NCBI GenBank assembly: GCA_002269645.1
Contig: NIVC01001518.1
Location: 186,001-250,000 of the forward strand
Reading direction: 5' to 3'
Source: Macrostomum lignano
Lineage: Eukaryota
Length of the DNA: 64,000 nucleotides
Each line of letters starts with the position of its first letter. Position 1 is the stretch's first letter. Below the pieces are notes generated by a model, which had not been told where the DNA came from, searched no databases, and saw only the letters and a program-made list of their open reading frames with translations. Both the position numbers and the translations under genes were made by a program. This document shows, piece after piece, positions 23,921-35,160 of the stretch.

Positions 23921-24370
23921 ATGCAACGCTCTGGTGGTAAAATAGATTCACATGGACTGATAGAAAAGCTTCCTCATCCAAACAAAGGCTGGACAGTTCC
24001 AGGGTACAAATATTGTGGGCCTTTGAATCCACTTGAAATACAGTTAGATAAAAACAATAATCCAAATCCTGGGCATGAGCCTGTGAACGAGCTAGACTCT
24101 GTCTGCATGTGGCATGACATCAAGTATAGAGATTTTCCTGAGGAGAAGAATCGGTGGGACAAAGAAATGCTTAGGAGATTAGACCATATGGGGGCTTCAA
24201 GCGGATTTCGTGAGTCGATTGCTAGGAAATTAGTCAAGGCGGTTATTTTTGGAAAGACAAAATTGGGGTTGGGGGTGTACGCCGAGGGCGGGGTGGGCTT
24301 TGTATTGCACGCACCAAGTAAAAAACTAGGCAGACTGCTGAAAGAGCTGGGGGTTGAGAGAGCAGAATGA
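23921..24370 (+). CDS. Phospholipase A2 domain protein of parvovirus VP1u type
   Basis: VPGYKYCGP (Ca-binding loop), PVNELD...C..HDIKY (catalytic HD) and D..ML..L; intact 149 aa. Confidence 0.85.
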   Translation: MQRSGGKIDSHGLIEKLPHPNKGWTVPGYKYCGPLNPLEIQLDKNNNPNPGHEPVNELDSVCMWHDIKYRDFPEEKNRWDKEMLRRLDHMGASSGFRESIARKLVKAVIFGKTKLGLGVYAEGGVGFVLHAPSKKLGRLLKELGVERAE

Positions 24371-24400
24371 TTCAAGCAAGAATATTCAGCTCATTCTTTT

Positions 24401-24505
24401 GAGAGACAACTGGAAACATTTTTAGAGAAATTATTTTTTTCGGAGGATGAGCACCCTGGGTTTAGGTAATTAAAGTCTTTGGGATCTGGTTTCGCGAATT
24501 GAATG
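24401..24505 (-). repeat. Degenerate relic of the inner TIR segment around the TIR-ORF start
   Basis: gagagacaactggaaacatt...aaagtctttgggatct...gaattgaatg matches 26470-26584 and 43608-43711. Confidence 0.65.
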
Positions 24506-24644
24506 ATCGACCTTACTATATGTACTAAATTAAAGGAAGACTTCCAAAATTTATATTAATAATTAACTATTAAAAAACAATATATTTGAAATTAAATAAG
24601 ATAAAAATTTAAATTAAGAGAAATACCGAGAATGTTCAGTGTAG

Positions 24645-24895
24645 TTATAGAAAAATTGTAACTTTTCCTGATCGTTCAGGATTTTTATTCAGGATTTTTT
24701 TTCAGACATGAACATTACTAACTACTAACAGTAGAAAAATCGCAACTTTTCCTGATCGTTCAGGATTTTTATTCAGGATTTTTTTTCAGACATTAAAATT
24801 ACAAACTACTAACAGTAGAAAAATCGCAACTTTTCCTGATCGTTCAGGATTTTTATTCAGGATTTGTTAGTTCCTGAAGTAACAGTAGAAAAATC
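24645..24895. repeat. 84-bp tandem repeat x3, each with the palindrome CCTGA-tcgt-TCAGG
   Basis: aacttttcctgatcgttcagg starts at 24660, 24744 and 24828. Confidence 0.85.
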
Positions 24896-24932
24896 TTAAC
24901 TTAACATTCAAGAGTAAATAAAATAAATAATG

Positions 24933-25773
24933 TTATTCATCTACTACCGAAGCGTTATTCCATTCCATATTTGTTTCGTCCAACAGATCGTCATCTTCTT
25001 CTCCTTCAAATACAATCTCCAAATCAACCTCTAGTTTCGAACAAAAATTGTCGTCTTGGTCGGCTTCTTTTTCGATCGTTTTCTTAAACGCTAACAACGT
25101 CTCCATTGAGTATCCAGTCAACGCCAGATTAGGATATTTTCTCATAAGATTATGGAATGTGAATAGCCGCTCGGCAAACTTTATCCCAATGTCCAACCGC
25201 TTGGCCGCCACTTCTGTGCTCACCCCTAGTTGATTTTTCAGTTCGGCCAGAACTTCAGCCTGCTTTTTCCTGGCCAAACAGCTAAGTGTTTCTATCTCGG
25301 CGATGGACATTTCAAGGGTGTTGAATTGCAGTCGTTTGCCGTCCACATCAGCTTGAACAGGTCCCATACAAAGATTTTTAGCCTCGGAGAACCTAAAGGA
25401 AAGAATATTGGATCATAATGTGAATAAGGTCAAAGGTTTGCTTGCAAAAATATCCAATCTATGTCCAATTTCTAAAAATAAGCAAGACTTACCTCGTTTT
25501 AATCACCAGCTGTTCGTTTTTTATTGAATTAATTTTTTGCTTCAAGCGAGCTAAAAACCGAGCTTTCCGGTCTTCTTTATCTTGAGTACAAGATTTCTCT
25601 TTCTCCGAACGCTCTTTTCTTATAGAATTTACGTCTACTTTTTGTAAAAATTTTAAAAGTAAAGCTCTTTCGTGATTTTCTAGATTAGCAATGGCGATTG
25701 CCGTACTGGCGGAATCTTTACTACTAATACTCCTTAGCGTATTCAGAATTTTTACAGCGTCGCTGGAACTCAT
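24933..25773 (-). CDS. Intact two-exon gene (25773-25493, 25392-24933), 246-aa hypothetical protein with charged N-terminus, possible helical/HTH region and acidic tail
   Basis: Donor AG|GTAAGT and acceptor cctttag|G join the two track ORFs in frame (...VIKTR FSEAKNLC MGPVQ...); 100-nt intron. Confidence 0.75.
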
Positions 25774-25840
25774 GACAAGGCGGAGCGGACCCTGCCGGCG
25801 GGGTAGGCGGGCTGGGGCGAGGGGCGGTGTGAATCGGCTG

Positions 25841-25848
25841 TTTATATA
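25841..25848 (-). promoter_or_regulatory. Candidate TATA box (TATATAAA) for the two-exon gene
   Basis: Lies ~70 nt upstream of the ATG at 25773, with CCAAT just upstream. Confidence 0.45.
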
Positions 25849-26247
25849 CCATTGGTGTGGGCTCGGGAATCCATGGATTCTAGAATATTCTAGAATAAGG
25901 GAAACCCACAGATTTTCTACTTATAGCCAGTATTTTCTATTAATGGTTGATTGGGGTTGCCTGGGAAAGATCTAGGAAGACTGCTGAAAGAGTTGGGGGG
26001 TTGAGAAGGTTGGGGGTTTAAACAAGGAACTAAATGGGCGTTTCTGAAGCTAGGCAAGGGATCCTTTGAGCTAGTTAAGGCTTGAGCTGGGCAAGCTTTT
26101 TCTCTATGCTGCACACGCCGCTCGCGCTATGATAAGAAACAGCTGCCATACCCATTCCGCTATCACCCACCCACCACACAGCAAAATACCATGCGTAAAA
26201 ATATCTATTAATGCAGTCTTAGTCTTAAAGCGTATTGTAGCGACATT

Positions 26248-26487
26248 CTACAATTGCCTAATGATTTCTGCAAAGTTATAGTAGCTGTCGTAATCTTTTA
26301 CGTAGGTTATTCCATACTTATGAAACCAGTGTCTTTGGAGAGCTAGATTAATATTAGGGACATTGATATCAACGTCGGGCCAATATTTTCTCATGTATTC
26401 GCTGCATTCAAGTTTGCATTGGTACTTACTCTTGTAATTAGGCTCGTGCGCTTTGTAATAAGAACCTGGAGAGACAGCTGGAAACAT
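26248..26487 (-). CDS. Second, diverged copy of the 79-aa TIR protein
   Basis: MFPAVSPGSYY...NFAEIIRQL, intact. Confidence 0.75.
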   Translation of the reverse strand: MFPAVSPGSYYKAHEPNYKSKYQCKLECSEYMRKYWPDVDINVPNINLALQRHWFHKYGITYVKDYDSYYNFAEIIRQL

Positions 26488-26952
26488 TTTTTTTATTGAG
26501 AATTTAATTTTTTCTCAAAGGGTGAGGACCCTGCGCTGATGATTTAAAGTCTTTGGGATCTGATTTCGCCGCTTCGGATTGAATGTGGGCCCCATGGGGA
26601 GAAGAATGCAGATTTTTTTCTGATTGTTTCGAAGATGCTATGGGTGGATGTCAGTGGATTATGTCAGTGTCAGTGAGCATAACAGGTGTCCACTGTCTGA
26701 TTCTGTCGGGGATAATATGGATGGATTTAATAGGATTATGTTCGAAGTTTTCAGAGCAAGTGCGACCGCTCCCCTTTTTCAAGATTCTGTCAGGGATAAT
26801 ATGGATGGATTTAGGTGGATTATGGAGGATGTTTTGTGAGCGAGTGCGACCCCCCTTTTTTCTGATTCTGTCAGGGATAATACGGATGGATTTAATGGGA
26901 TTATGGAGGAGGTGAAAAATTTTGTCCCAGAAGCCCCCTCATGCATTCTACT
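26248..26952 (-). repeat. Diverged orphan TIR from a sister Polinton subfamily, ending CTACT, with no matching TSD
   Basis: Clearly similar to 12993-13724 but more diverged than the 43579-44131 copy; flank cgtctg differs from CTAGTG. Confidence 0.85.
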
Positions 26953-27596
26953 CGTCTGCATTGTCGGCAAATGGGGTTTCTCTTTTAAGGCGTTTTACAG
27001 TCTCCAAACACTTATCTCTTCCAATCTCGGCGGCTCTCCGCCTCGTTATTATTGTAGCAAGTCCTGCCATCTCGTCAGCTTGAGCAAGGAATTATAGGCG
27101 TGGTAGAGTGTGGTAGTGGAAAAAATGCAGTGCTGAGGAGAAATTAAATGTAGTCCCATTATATTAGGTAAAGGAGGAGGGGGGGGAGTATTTGGATTGT
27201 TAAGAAAGAGAGTGCGTGACTGGAGGTGGAAAGAGATTTTCAGTACAGTGGAACCCGCGCAGTGCAGCTAGAGGAATAGAATAGGTAAGTTTCCTATTTC
27301 AGGACAATAGAGACTGCATACTTTTTCATGTTATGGAGAGGAATTGAATAGGTAAGTTCCCTTTTTGAAGACAATAGAGACTGCGTACATCGAAAATGCA
27401 TTTCCCAGTATTTGAGGCAGTTTTCCGACAGTTTTCCGACAGTTTCTGTTGAGCAAAAAAATTCTGACAGTTTGTCAGATACTTGTCGCAAACAAAAACC
27501 CAATATCTACTAATAGTAGTCCTCCCTTTTCAAGAACAATAGAGTAATGTACACAGAGTACACTTAGCAGTAATAGTCGAAGACCAGAGAGAGTGA

Positions 27597-27772
27597 GCTG
27601 GAGGACAGATGCTGGTAGAGAAACCAAATCCAGTGAAAAGAGTTGTATTGAGTAATAAGGAGATTCACGAGATTGTGCTACAGTTTGAGACTGAAGATGG
27701 GATGGGTGTTGATTTCAACGGTGAAGAGTTTGTATTGACGTTGATCATTTAGAGAATGTAAGAAATCACAAT
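27597..27772 (+). repeat. Right TIR, innermost piece (inverted copy of 13718-13893, the penton 3' end)
   Basis: Near-identical reverse complement of the penton 3' sequence. Confidence 0.85.
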
Positions 27773-29433
27773 TGTAGTAGGGGGGTTTAGTTCAAGCAGT
27801 TTTGCTAAAGGCGTTTGCTATTCGTCGGGATGAATTATTTTAGTAGCATGAAGTCTAGAATAAGCAGTTTTGCTTTTACGCTACTGACAGTAGTTCACCC
27901 TCGGGGAAATATCTGAAGTTGTGGGAATTCGAGTATTAGTATTCGAGTTTCAATCCTGTGAAACTTGTCTCTGCCTGTCTGAAAGCTTGTAATGAGTTAG
28001 TAGGCTGGGTTGGAGGGTAATAGTGGATCGGGAAGGGCTGTGGGTAGCTGTATAGGAAGGCAGGCCTATACCTGTACCAAGGTGCTCTGACGGTATCCCT
28101 CAGGCGCCCTCTGAGCGTACAGCCAGCGACCCTATTAAAGCTGGAGTGTGCCAGAACCAGGACTGAGTCTGAGCAGGACGAGACCGTTGGCACGGTCACA
28201 ATAGAAATGGCGGGTTGGCGAAGCAAAGGGTGAAATAGTCCCGGCGATTAGCCCTCCTGCCGCTTCAAAGATAAGAGACTGTCTGTTGGCAAGAGTACCC
28301 GGGGTTTAGTTGGGGGGAGGCTCCTTCGGGTTGCCACGGCCGTGGGGAGCGGTCAAATGACCGGCATTGGCTTTTCTAACCCAGGAGTAGGCACGGGCTT
28401 CCCTGAATGGTTCTCTCAACCCCCACTGGCCTCGGGGAGGTTTATGATTTGTACCCGGGGGTAGAGGGGCGGTCGGCCCCAGCATGGTTGCCACGGCTCT
28501 AGGCCTTCGGGCCATCTCTAATAGGCTAAGGGGCTTTCTAACCTGGTCTGTGGGCACGGGCTTCCTGACTGGTTCGTCGAACCGCTACTGTCCCCCGGGG
28601 AGGTTTGGTTTTTTTGATACTGCCCTGTACAGTCCTCTATAGTCTAACTTGGCTTTTAGTGTACATTAGTACACTCCCAATCAGGAATCTAATTTATCTC
28701 TAGTGGCGTAAGAGCCTTTTTACTTAGGCTGAGGCGCCGGAAGCACTTATCATAGTCATATCATAGTCTCGGCAAAAGCATCCGTTCGGGACAATCAGTC
28801 TAGCATCCGTTCAGGACCGTCCATCAGGACAATATTTCAGAGACTAAGTCTCAAAGCACAAACTCAAATATAAGGGAGTCTCCCCTTGTATAAAGATAGA
28901 AATACTAAAAATTCTAAAACAGAAATTAAGGGTAAGTTTAGGGTAAAATAGGAAGGCTAAGAAGGAGTCTACCACTTAGTCAAAACGGAGTCTACCGAAG
29001 AATAGGAATAAATTAAGTAACATAGGGAAAGACTAAAGGAGTCTACCATTGGTCTAAATAGGACATCGGAGTCTACCGAAGTGCTAACATAGGACCTAAT
29101 TGTGTACTTTCTTTGCATATTTGGTTTAATAATATTTCTTTTGTTTGCTTGATTTAAATAATCTTATATGAAATTGACTCTTGTCTCACTTATTTTAATT
29201 TAACATTAATTATAAGGGGCATTAGTCTGGTGGCAGCGACCTACCAAATAAAAAGTACGTAATAGCAGATTAGTAGAGCAAAGTAATCTAGATCGTAACA
29301 ACTATTCATTCAAGTTAAGGTAGCTAGTAAATCTTCTAGCTTAATCTAAGCCCGGAGTCTCTCGAGCTCAGATTAATCAATTTAAAGAAACCAGTAAACC
29401 AGTAGCCTAAACCGCAGGTACCACGCTTGTCCA
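27773..29433. mobile_element. 1.66-kb TG...CA insert with 4-bp duplication CAAT (solo-LTR-like)
   Basis: agaaatcaCAAT|TGTAG...GTCCA|CAATtgcctg interrupts otherwise contiguous TIR sequence; contains a ~160-bp internal tandem duplication (~28330-28610) and ggagtctacc repeats. Confidence 0.55.
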
Positions 29434-29486
29434 CAATTGCCTGATGATTTCTGCAAAGTTATAGTAGCTGTCATAATCTTTTACAT
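29434..29486 (-). repeat. Right TIR, middle piece (inverted copy of 13669-13721)
   Basis: caattgcctgatgatttctgcaaagttatagtagctgtcataatcttttacat. Confidence 0.85.
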
Positions 29487-30013
29487 GATTATGACAGTGA
29501 CCGTTAATTTCAAAAAAAACTTTTCACCCTACTTTAAGTAGTAAGTTGAGGGTACGTAAACTTTTTTACTTTATATATGCTCTTTCCCTATTTGATACAA
29601 TAGCTGCACTTGGCATTCTTCTGTGAACAATAGATTTATTCACTAAACTCATATAAATGTATCATTAGTTATCTTTTAATAACTAGATGTATTTTAGCAC
29701 AGAAACTGAGATATCTTGTGAAGTTATTCTAGCTGCTACTAAACCAATACTTTATGCCATATATTTAGTTTGTCATAATGCTTACTAAAGGAATATACAC
29801 TTATTTGAATTATAGTATAAAAAATTTTTGTATTACCCGTAAACAAAACACGTCAACATTGTTACTGAAAGTACAGCAAAGCCAAAAATATTAGAATATT
29901 AGAACATAAAATTCGAGTATACAAAAAATTCAGCCAGAGCTGCTGAATGATGTAAACATGCTATTAAAGATATGTGTAAGCCCTACATGTATATTAAACA
30001 GACTTTTACTAAG

Positions 30014-32606
30014 TTAAACACTGCTGCAAGAAGACTCCGACGTCTCATCGATGTCCGTCCTCGTTTGCTTTTTTCGCCTTTTTGTAGCTTGCTGCTTTTT
30101 CGAGCTGGAACCCCTTTTTTTGACTGAGACTGGCGTCGGAAACTCCTTCTCGGCACCATGTGCGGAAGCGCTAGAATTTGTGCTGAGACGCTTGAAAGGA
30201 GGTCGCGGAACTCTTGCAGCTGGACTAGAGCTGGCAGCTGCTGAGCCAGCATCACAGACAGCAGCACTCTTTCTCCTATGTGAGCGCCCTCCAAGTCGGT
30301 CAGCACCGTGCTTCAGCTGCTGTTGGACTGTGCGGCTCACCGCGTCCATCGAGGCATCAGCTGGCCGGCCGTCCTCATAACCGGTGCCGTACATGCGCGT
30401 GAAGGCCACTGGAGATTGAAATTTATCAAGATAAAGATTTAGTGACGCTGCACAGTTGGAAGCATCTTGCTCTTTATCTGGATTGCTAGAAACTATTATC
30501 TGTTAAATTCCGTTAATCAGTTAAAATTAATCAGTTAAAATCTGTTAATCTGTTAAAATCTGTTTAAAACGCAGCTATATAAATTCGTAAAAGTGATCTT
30601 TATTTAAATTCATAATGGCAAGTATTCATGAGCAGCTACACTTTCTTACCTTGAATATGCTCGAGCAGCGTATTCTGGAAGGCTAGCGTCTTATCAGTCG
30701 GCGGCATTTCAACACCACTCTCGAGGGCCCTACGCTGCAGGTCATTGCCGTTATAATTTACCACCGCCTGCATCTCCGGTGAAAGGCAGCAGTCTAGCAT
30801 GGACCGGAGAGTGTCCTGCCATCGAGTGCGTCGGCAGAGGCGAAGAAGATTCCTCTGTGTGAAAGGAAATTGGAAAATTTGAATTTATAAGATCTGCATG
30901 CTCTATAAGTTTCCTAAACTAACTCAGCTACTTGCAGTAATGCAAACCGAAGCGCAGTACAAAAATAAAAACAAAATATAATATAAAGTATCTCATATAA
31001 AATACATATGTATTCAACTCACTAAATCTGAAACGTGCTCAGATGACTGGTGCTGCGCAAAAATCGCATAATCAGCCCAGCAGCTGATGGGCCAGAAGGC
31101 TGATGCTGGTCTCTGGGCTTCAGGATCCATCAGCGCAGACAGCCGCTGCAATTCAGCAGCGACTCCGCTCATCTGATCAGTGAGATGATTCTGATGCTCC
31201 TCGAGGCGGCTGCATCTCATTGCCAGTTCACGAAGAGTTGTGAGCTGAACAAATAAAATGCCTCGAAGGGAGTCCAGTGGCACATCCACAACTGACCGGA
31301 ATTGTTCTTCGAGTCTTTTTATTGCAGCTGGTCCGAACCGAAATGCCGGCTCCTGAGCAATATCAGCCGCAGCGGCGACTGGCTCTGCAGCAGCGGCTCT
31401 ACTCGTACTCAGCCTTGGCTTTGGTGTAGGCATTTTGTCGCTCTCCACCGCCAACGGAGTCTTAGGTACAGTAGAAGCAGCTACTGGCGTCGCTAGAGCG
31501 TTCACCGGCGCCGTGGAAGCAGCTACTGGCGTCGCTGGAGCGTTCACCGGCGCCGTGGAAGCAGCTAATGGCGTCGCTGGAGCGTTCACCGGCGCCGTGG
31601 AAGCAGCTACTGGCGTCGCTGGAGCGTTCACCGGCGCCGTGGAAGCAGATACTGGCGTCGCTGGAGCGTTCACCGGCGCCGTGGAAGCAGCTAGTGGCGT
31701 CGCTGGAGCGTTCACCGGCGCCGTGGAAGCAGCTACTGGCGTCGCTGGAGCGTTCACCGGCGCCGTGGAAGCAGCTATTAGCGTAGCTGGATCTGGATCA
31801 TTCACCGACGCCACAGGACTCGCAGAAGCAGCCTTCCGAATCTCGGTCAATGGAGCCGGATATTTGCTACTCGGTAGTGGCAACAATTGATTTTTAGTGC
31901 TCGGTAAAACTGTGTCCGGCAGCAAATAGGCGGAATCGTGGACGTGGTTCTCCTCAACATCGGCTCTCTGCTCAGAGTAGAAGCCGTCTGTGTCGGAGGC
32001 TGAACCCAGTGGCGCATGCTGTGGTTGGAATAAAAATAAAGTTCTGTTACTATAAGTGGAGGTTGAGGATTACTGGGATTTCGACCGAACTTGCATTGGC
32101 ATATAAGAAAACATCTCAAATCGAACTCTTGATCAACTTACTTTAGATTGGTACGAACGGCGCACCTGTCGAGCGTCAGATTGAGTTAAAACTCTAGGCT
32201 GCACGAGATTGAGAATCACAGATAGCTTATTTTTTCTAGCTAAAAGTTCCCGGACGTATCGAAAGGCCGTTGTCTCTATTTCATTGTCCAAGATTACCTG
32301 TTAGTGTTAATTAAAATGTTAACATTCAGTAAATTTTGATACTCAGTCAGTAGTCAGTAAGCACTTTTTACTGCAATTTTTTATATTTTAATCAATAGAA
32401 TAAATTACATTGCGACTTACTTGGACTATTATGGCCGAAAAGTATTGGCCATCGTAAAATGCCTCGCAAAGCCATTTTTCCACCGCGTTCCGCTTATCAA
32501 GCCAGTCAGATTCACTGAGTTCATTAAGAGCTGGGGGCAGCTTGATTTTGTCTCTGCAAATCTCAATGACTTGTCTGTCCGCTTTAAACATAATAAGAAA
32601 CTTCAT
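30014..32606 (-). CDS. Five-exon DUF4806-like partner gene of the CACTA/EnSpm transposon (32606-32421, 32297-32142, 32018-31023, 30854-30650, 30408-30014; 645 aa)
   Basis: All four introns are GT-AG and phase-compatible (0,0,0,1). The C-terminus reads TLRSML...NYNG...K..AF..TL...LKHGADRLGGR, the pattern of DUF4806-type proteins. It is divergent from the transposase. Confidence 0.72.
31474..31785 (-). repeat. Coding 42-bp tandem repeat (~7 x ATPVAASTAPVNAP)
   Basis: In-frame repeat within exon 3. Confidence 0.9.
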
Positions 32607-32986
32607 ATTTGAAATTAAGAGCGTACAAGAATATTTAATAAATTTTTATGTATTATAAGTTAAAAGTCAAACTGATAATAAGCAAGCAAGCAGCTAAGTT
32701 AGCTAAGAAAAAACCAAGAGTAGATGCCAGCTTTGAGCGAATAAACCTGATTCTTTGTAGGTTTCTTAACTGCTTCTCCAATGATCATTGGCCTGCTATC
32801 CTATCCAATCCGAGACCGAGATCCCATTTCACAGCCCGATCTCCAATGCACTGTACACAAAGACTACTAGATAGTAGTGTATTCGTATGGCATGAATTTT
32901 AACTCCAGAAAGTTACGAGTGGCAACTAATGCTATTTTGTTATTTAGAAAGTTATTACTTAATTTATTCTTCATTTTGGTGAGAAA

Positions 32987-34981
32987 ATGAGTTCTGCACG
33001 AAGAAATGTACGAAGGAAGACGGACAAGTACCTGCTAGAAATGTTTCTAAATGATAATGTAGAATCAAGCTGCGACGCCACATCGAAGTCTGTGATGACA
33101 TCATTCGAAGTTTCCACTGCCGCTGCCTCAGCCTCACCTGAACGACTGCAAACTGAAGAAGCTTGCATTGAAGACTGTGTCATCCCCGATGAATTGGAAT
33201 CTGTGAGCAGCAGTAGTAACGACGGAAATAAAAGTGAAATTGAGAATGAGCCGGAAGATGACAATCGGTCCTTGGAGGAGAAATTGCTAGCTTTGCTCGT
33301 TCTACTGGTGACACTTCACAATGTGCCTCGAACAACAATGGAGTTTTTGATTTCCGGACTCCGATCTATTGGACTGCCTGCACCTGAATCTACAAGCAAG
33401 ATTGAAGTACTTGCCAAAGCCGGAGAGCCATCAACTAAGTTGGAACTCATGGGAAGTGGACATTTCAGGTACATTTCGATTCAAAACAATCTCGAAGTTC
33501 TGCTTGGCCACAACCTTTTGCGACTCGACCCAGGAAGTGTAGAGGATGAGGGCACTACGAAAGTATATAGATTTGAAGCGACTTTAAATTGTGATGGGCT
33601 ACCTCTGTACTCTTCAAGTTCGTTTGGCTTGTGGCCAATATTAATGAAAATTCCTAAAGCTTTTGACCGACCCTTTCCGGTGGCTGTTTGGGCTGGCGTT
33701 GGAAAGCCTCCGCTTTTTGAATACCTGAAAGAGTTTTGCGATGAGGCTACTCGATTTCTCTCTGGGCCAGTCAATATTGGTGATTCGGTGAATATCATGC
33801 TCACTACCATCTACTTTATCTGCGACTCACCGGCTCGCTCATTCTTGATGGCCACATTAGGGCACAACAGTTACCATGGCTGCAGCTATTGCAGAGCCAC
33901 TGGGCCGTACGTTTCCAACAGAGTCACATTTGCTGTGACTGCCGGTCCAAGCAGATGCGGAGAGGTATACCGTGCTGGCGAAGAGACTAACCAGAAAACT
34001 AAATCCGGAGTTTTGTCACCTCTTTTGAGTCTCCCCAACATCGACTTTGTGCATTCTTTTCCTCTTGACTATCAACACGCCGTTTGCCTTGGAGTAGTTC
34101 GCAAGCTTATGCACTTCTTTTTTGGCAAGACAGACAGCAGGGGGAGTAGAATATCCCCAAATTCTCTGGGAATTCTCTCAGAGAGAATAGCCGAAATTGC
34201 CTGCTGGACACCATCTAACTTTCAACGGAGACCACGGCGTCTGGATAAGAACCTAAAGCATCTAAAGGCCACCGAATTGAGACAATATCTGCTATACCTG
34301 GGACCTCTATTGTTTCTAGTCTTTGTCCGCGAAAGGTATTACAAAAATTTCTTACTTTTGCATTTTGCACTGTACGTCTACTCGACTAAGCGACACTCTG
34401 ATCTATTGGATCAAGCAAAAAGGGCAATCGAGATCTTTGTTGAACAGATCCCAGAGTTGTATGGCCAGCGATCAGTCAGTTTCAACGTACATGCCATCCT
34501 TCACTTGGACCAATTTGTTCGACGGCTCGGCGATGTGAATCAGTTCTCGACCTTTCCTTTTGAGAATTATTTGGGAGCAGTTAAAAGGCGTATCAAGGTG
34601 ACTAGATATGCAGCTGCACATTCCATCAAGCAGGTACTCAAGGTCCGCAACCTAATGCTGAAGGATCCAACTTTGCCGCCGGTAAAGTACAGAGCAAAGC
34701 GAGGCGACAACTGCTGTTTAGTGGGCAAGCTCTGCGTCCTCATCGAGGAAGTCAAACCAGACGGCAACGTGACTGGCAAGGTTCTGTAGCCTGTAGATAA
34801 TATCTACACCTATCCATACGAGTCCTTAGTGCTTGGAATCGGCCAGTACCGAGTGACTGCAGCCAGCACGACTGGGAGACCATGTTCGAAGAGCTGGATA
34901 ATTCCTAAAACTTGGACTGGCGACGATGGCATAAACGAAGAGCACTACTACGTCATACCGTTGGCAGGACATGATGAGTGA
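32987..34981 (+). pseudogene. CACTA/EnSpm (CMC superfamily) transposase; in-frame TAG at 34787-34789 with 63 further codons to 34981
   Basis: NCDGLPL...LWPI, ICDSPAR.F...GHNSYHGC.YC, DYQH...LGV, KATE.R, NVH...HL and FPFEN motifs; downstream of the stop the frame continues YTYPYES..LGI...VIPL. Confidence 0.88.
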
Positions 34982-35160
34982 CTAATGACCACAGTGTGGA
35001 AGCGTAGCACCAGACTTGATTTAGATTGCATAACCATATTCTCAACTTTAATTGAGACTGATGCTGACTTGCCTGGGAAATTGATTATGTCATAACTGCT
35101 TCGTGAGTGAGTGTTGAATTATATGAGTGCTACAATTTCATTTATAAATTCAATAAGATC

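Noticed and set aside
12993-26952. Treating 12993-26952 as the complete Polinton
   Set aside because: Flanks CTAGTG and CGTCTG do not match, and this TIR is more diverged than the one ending at 44131.
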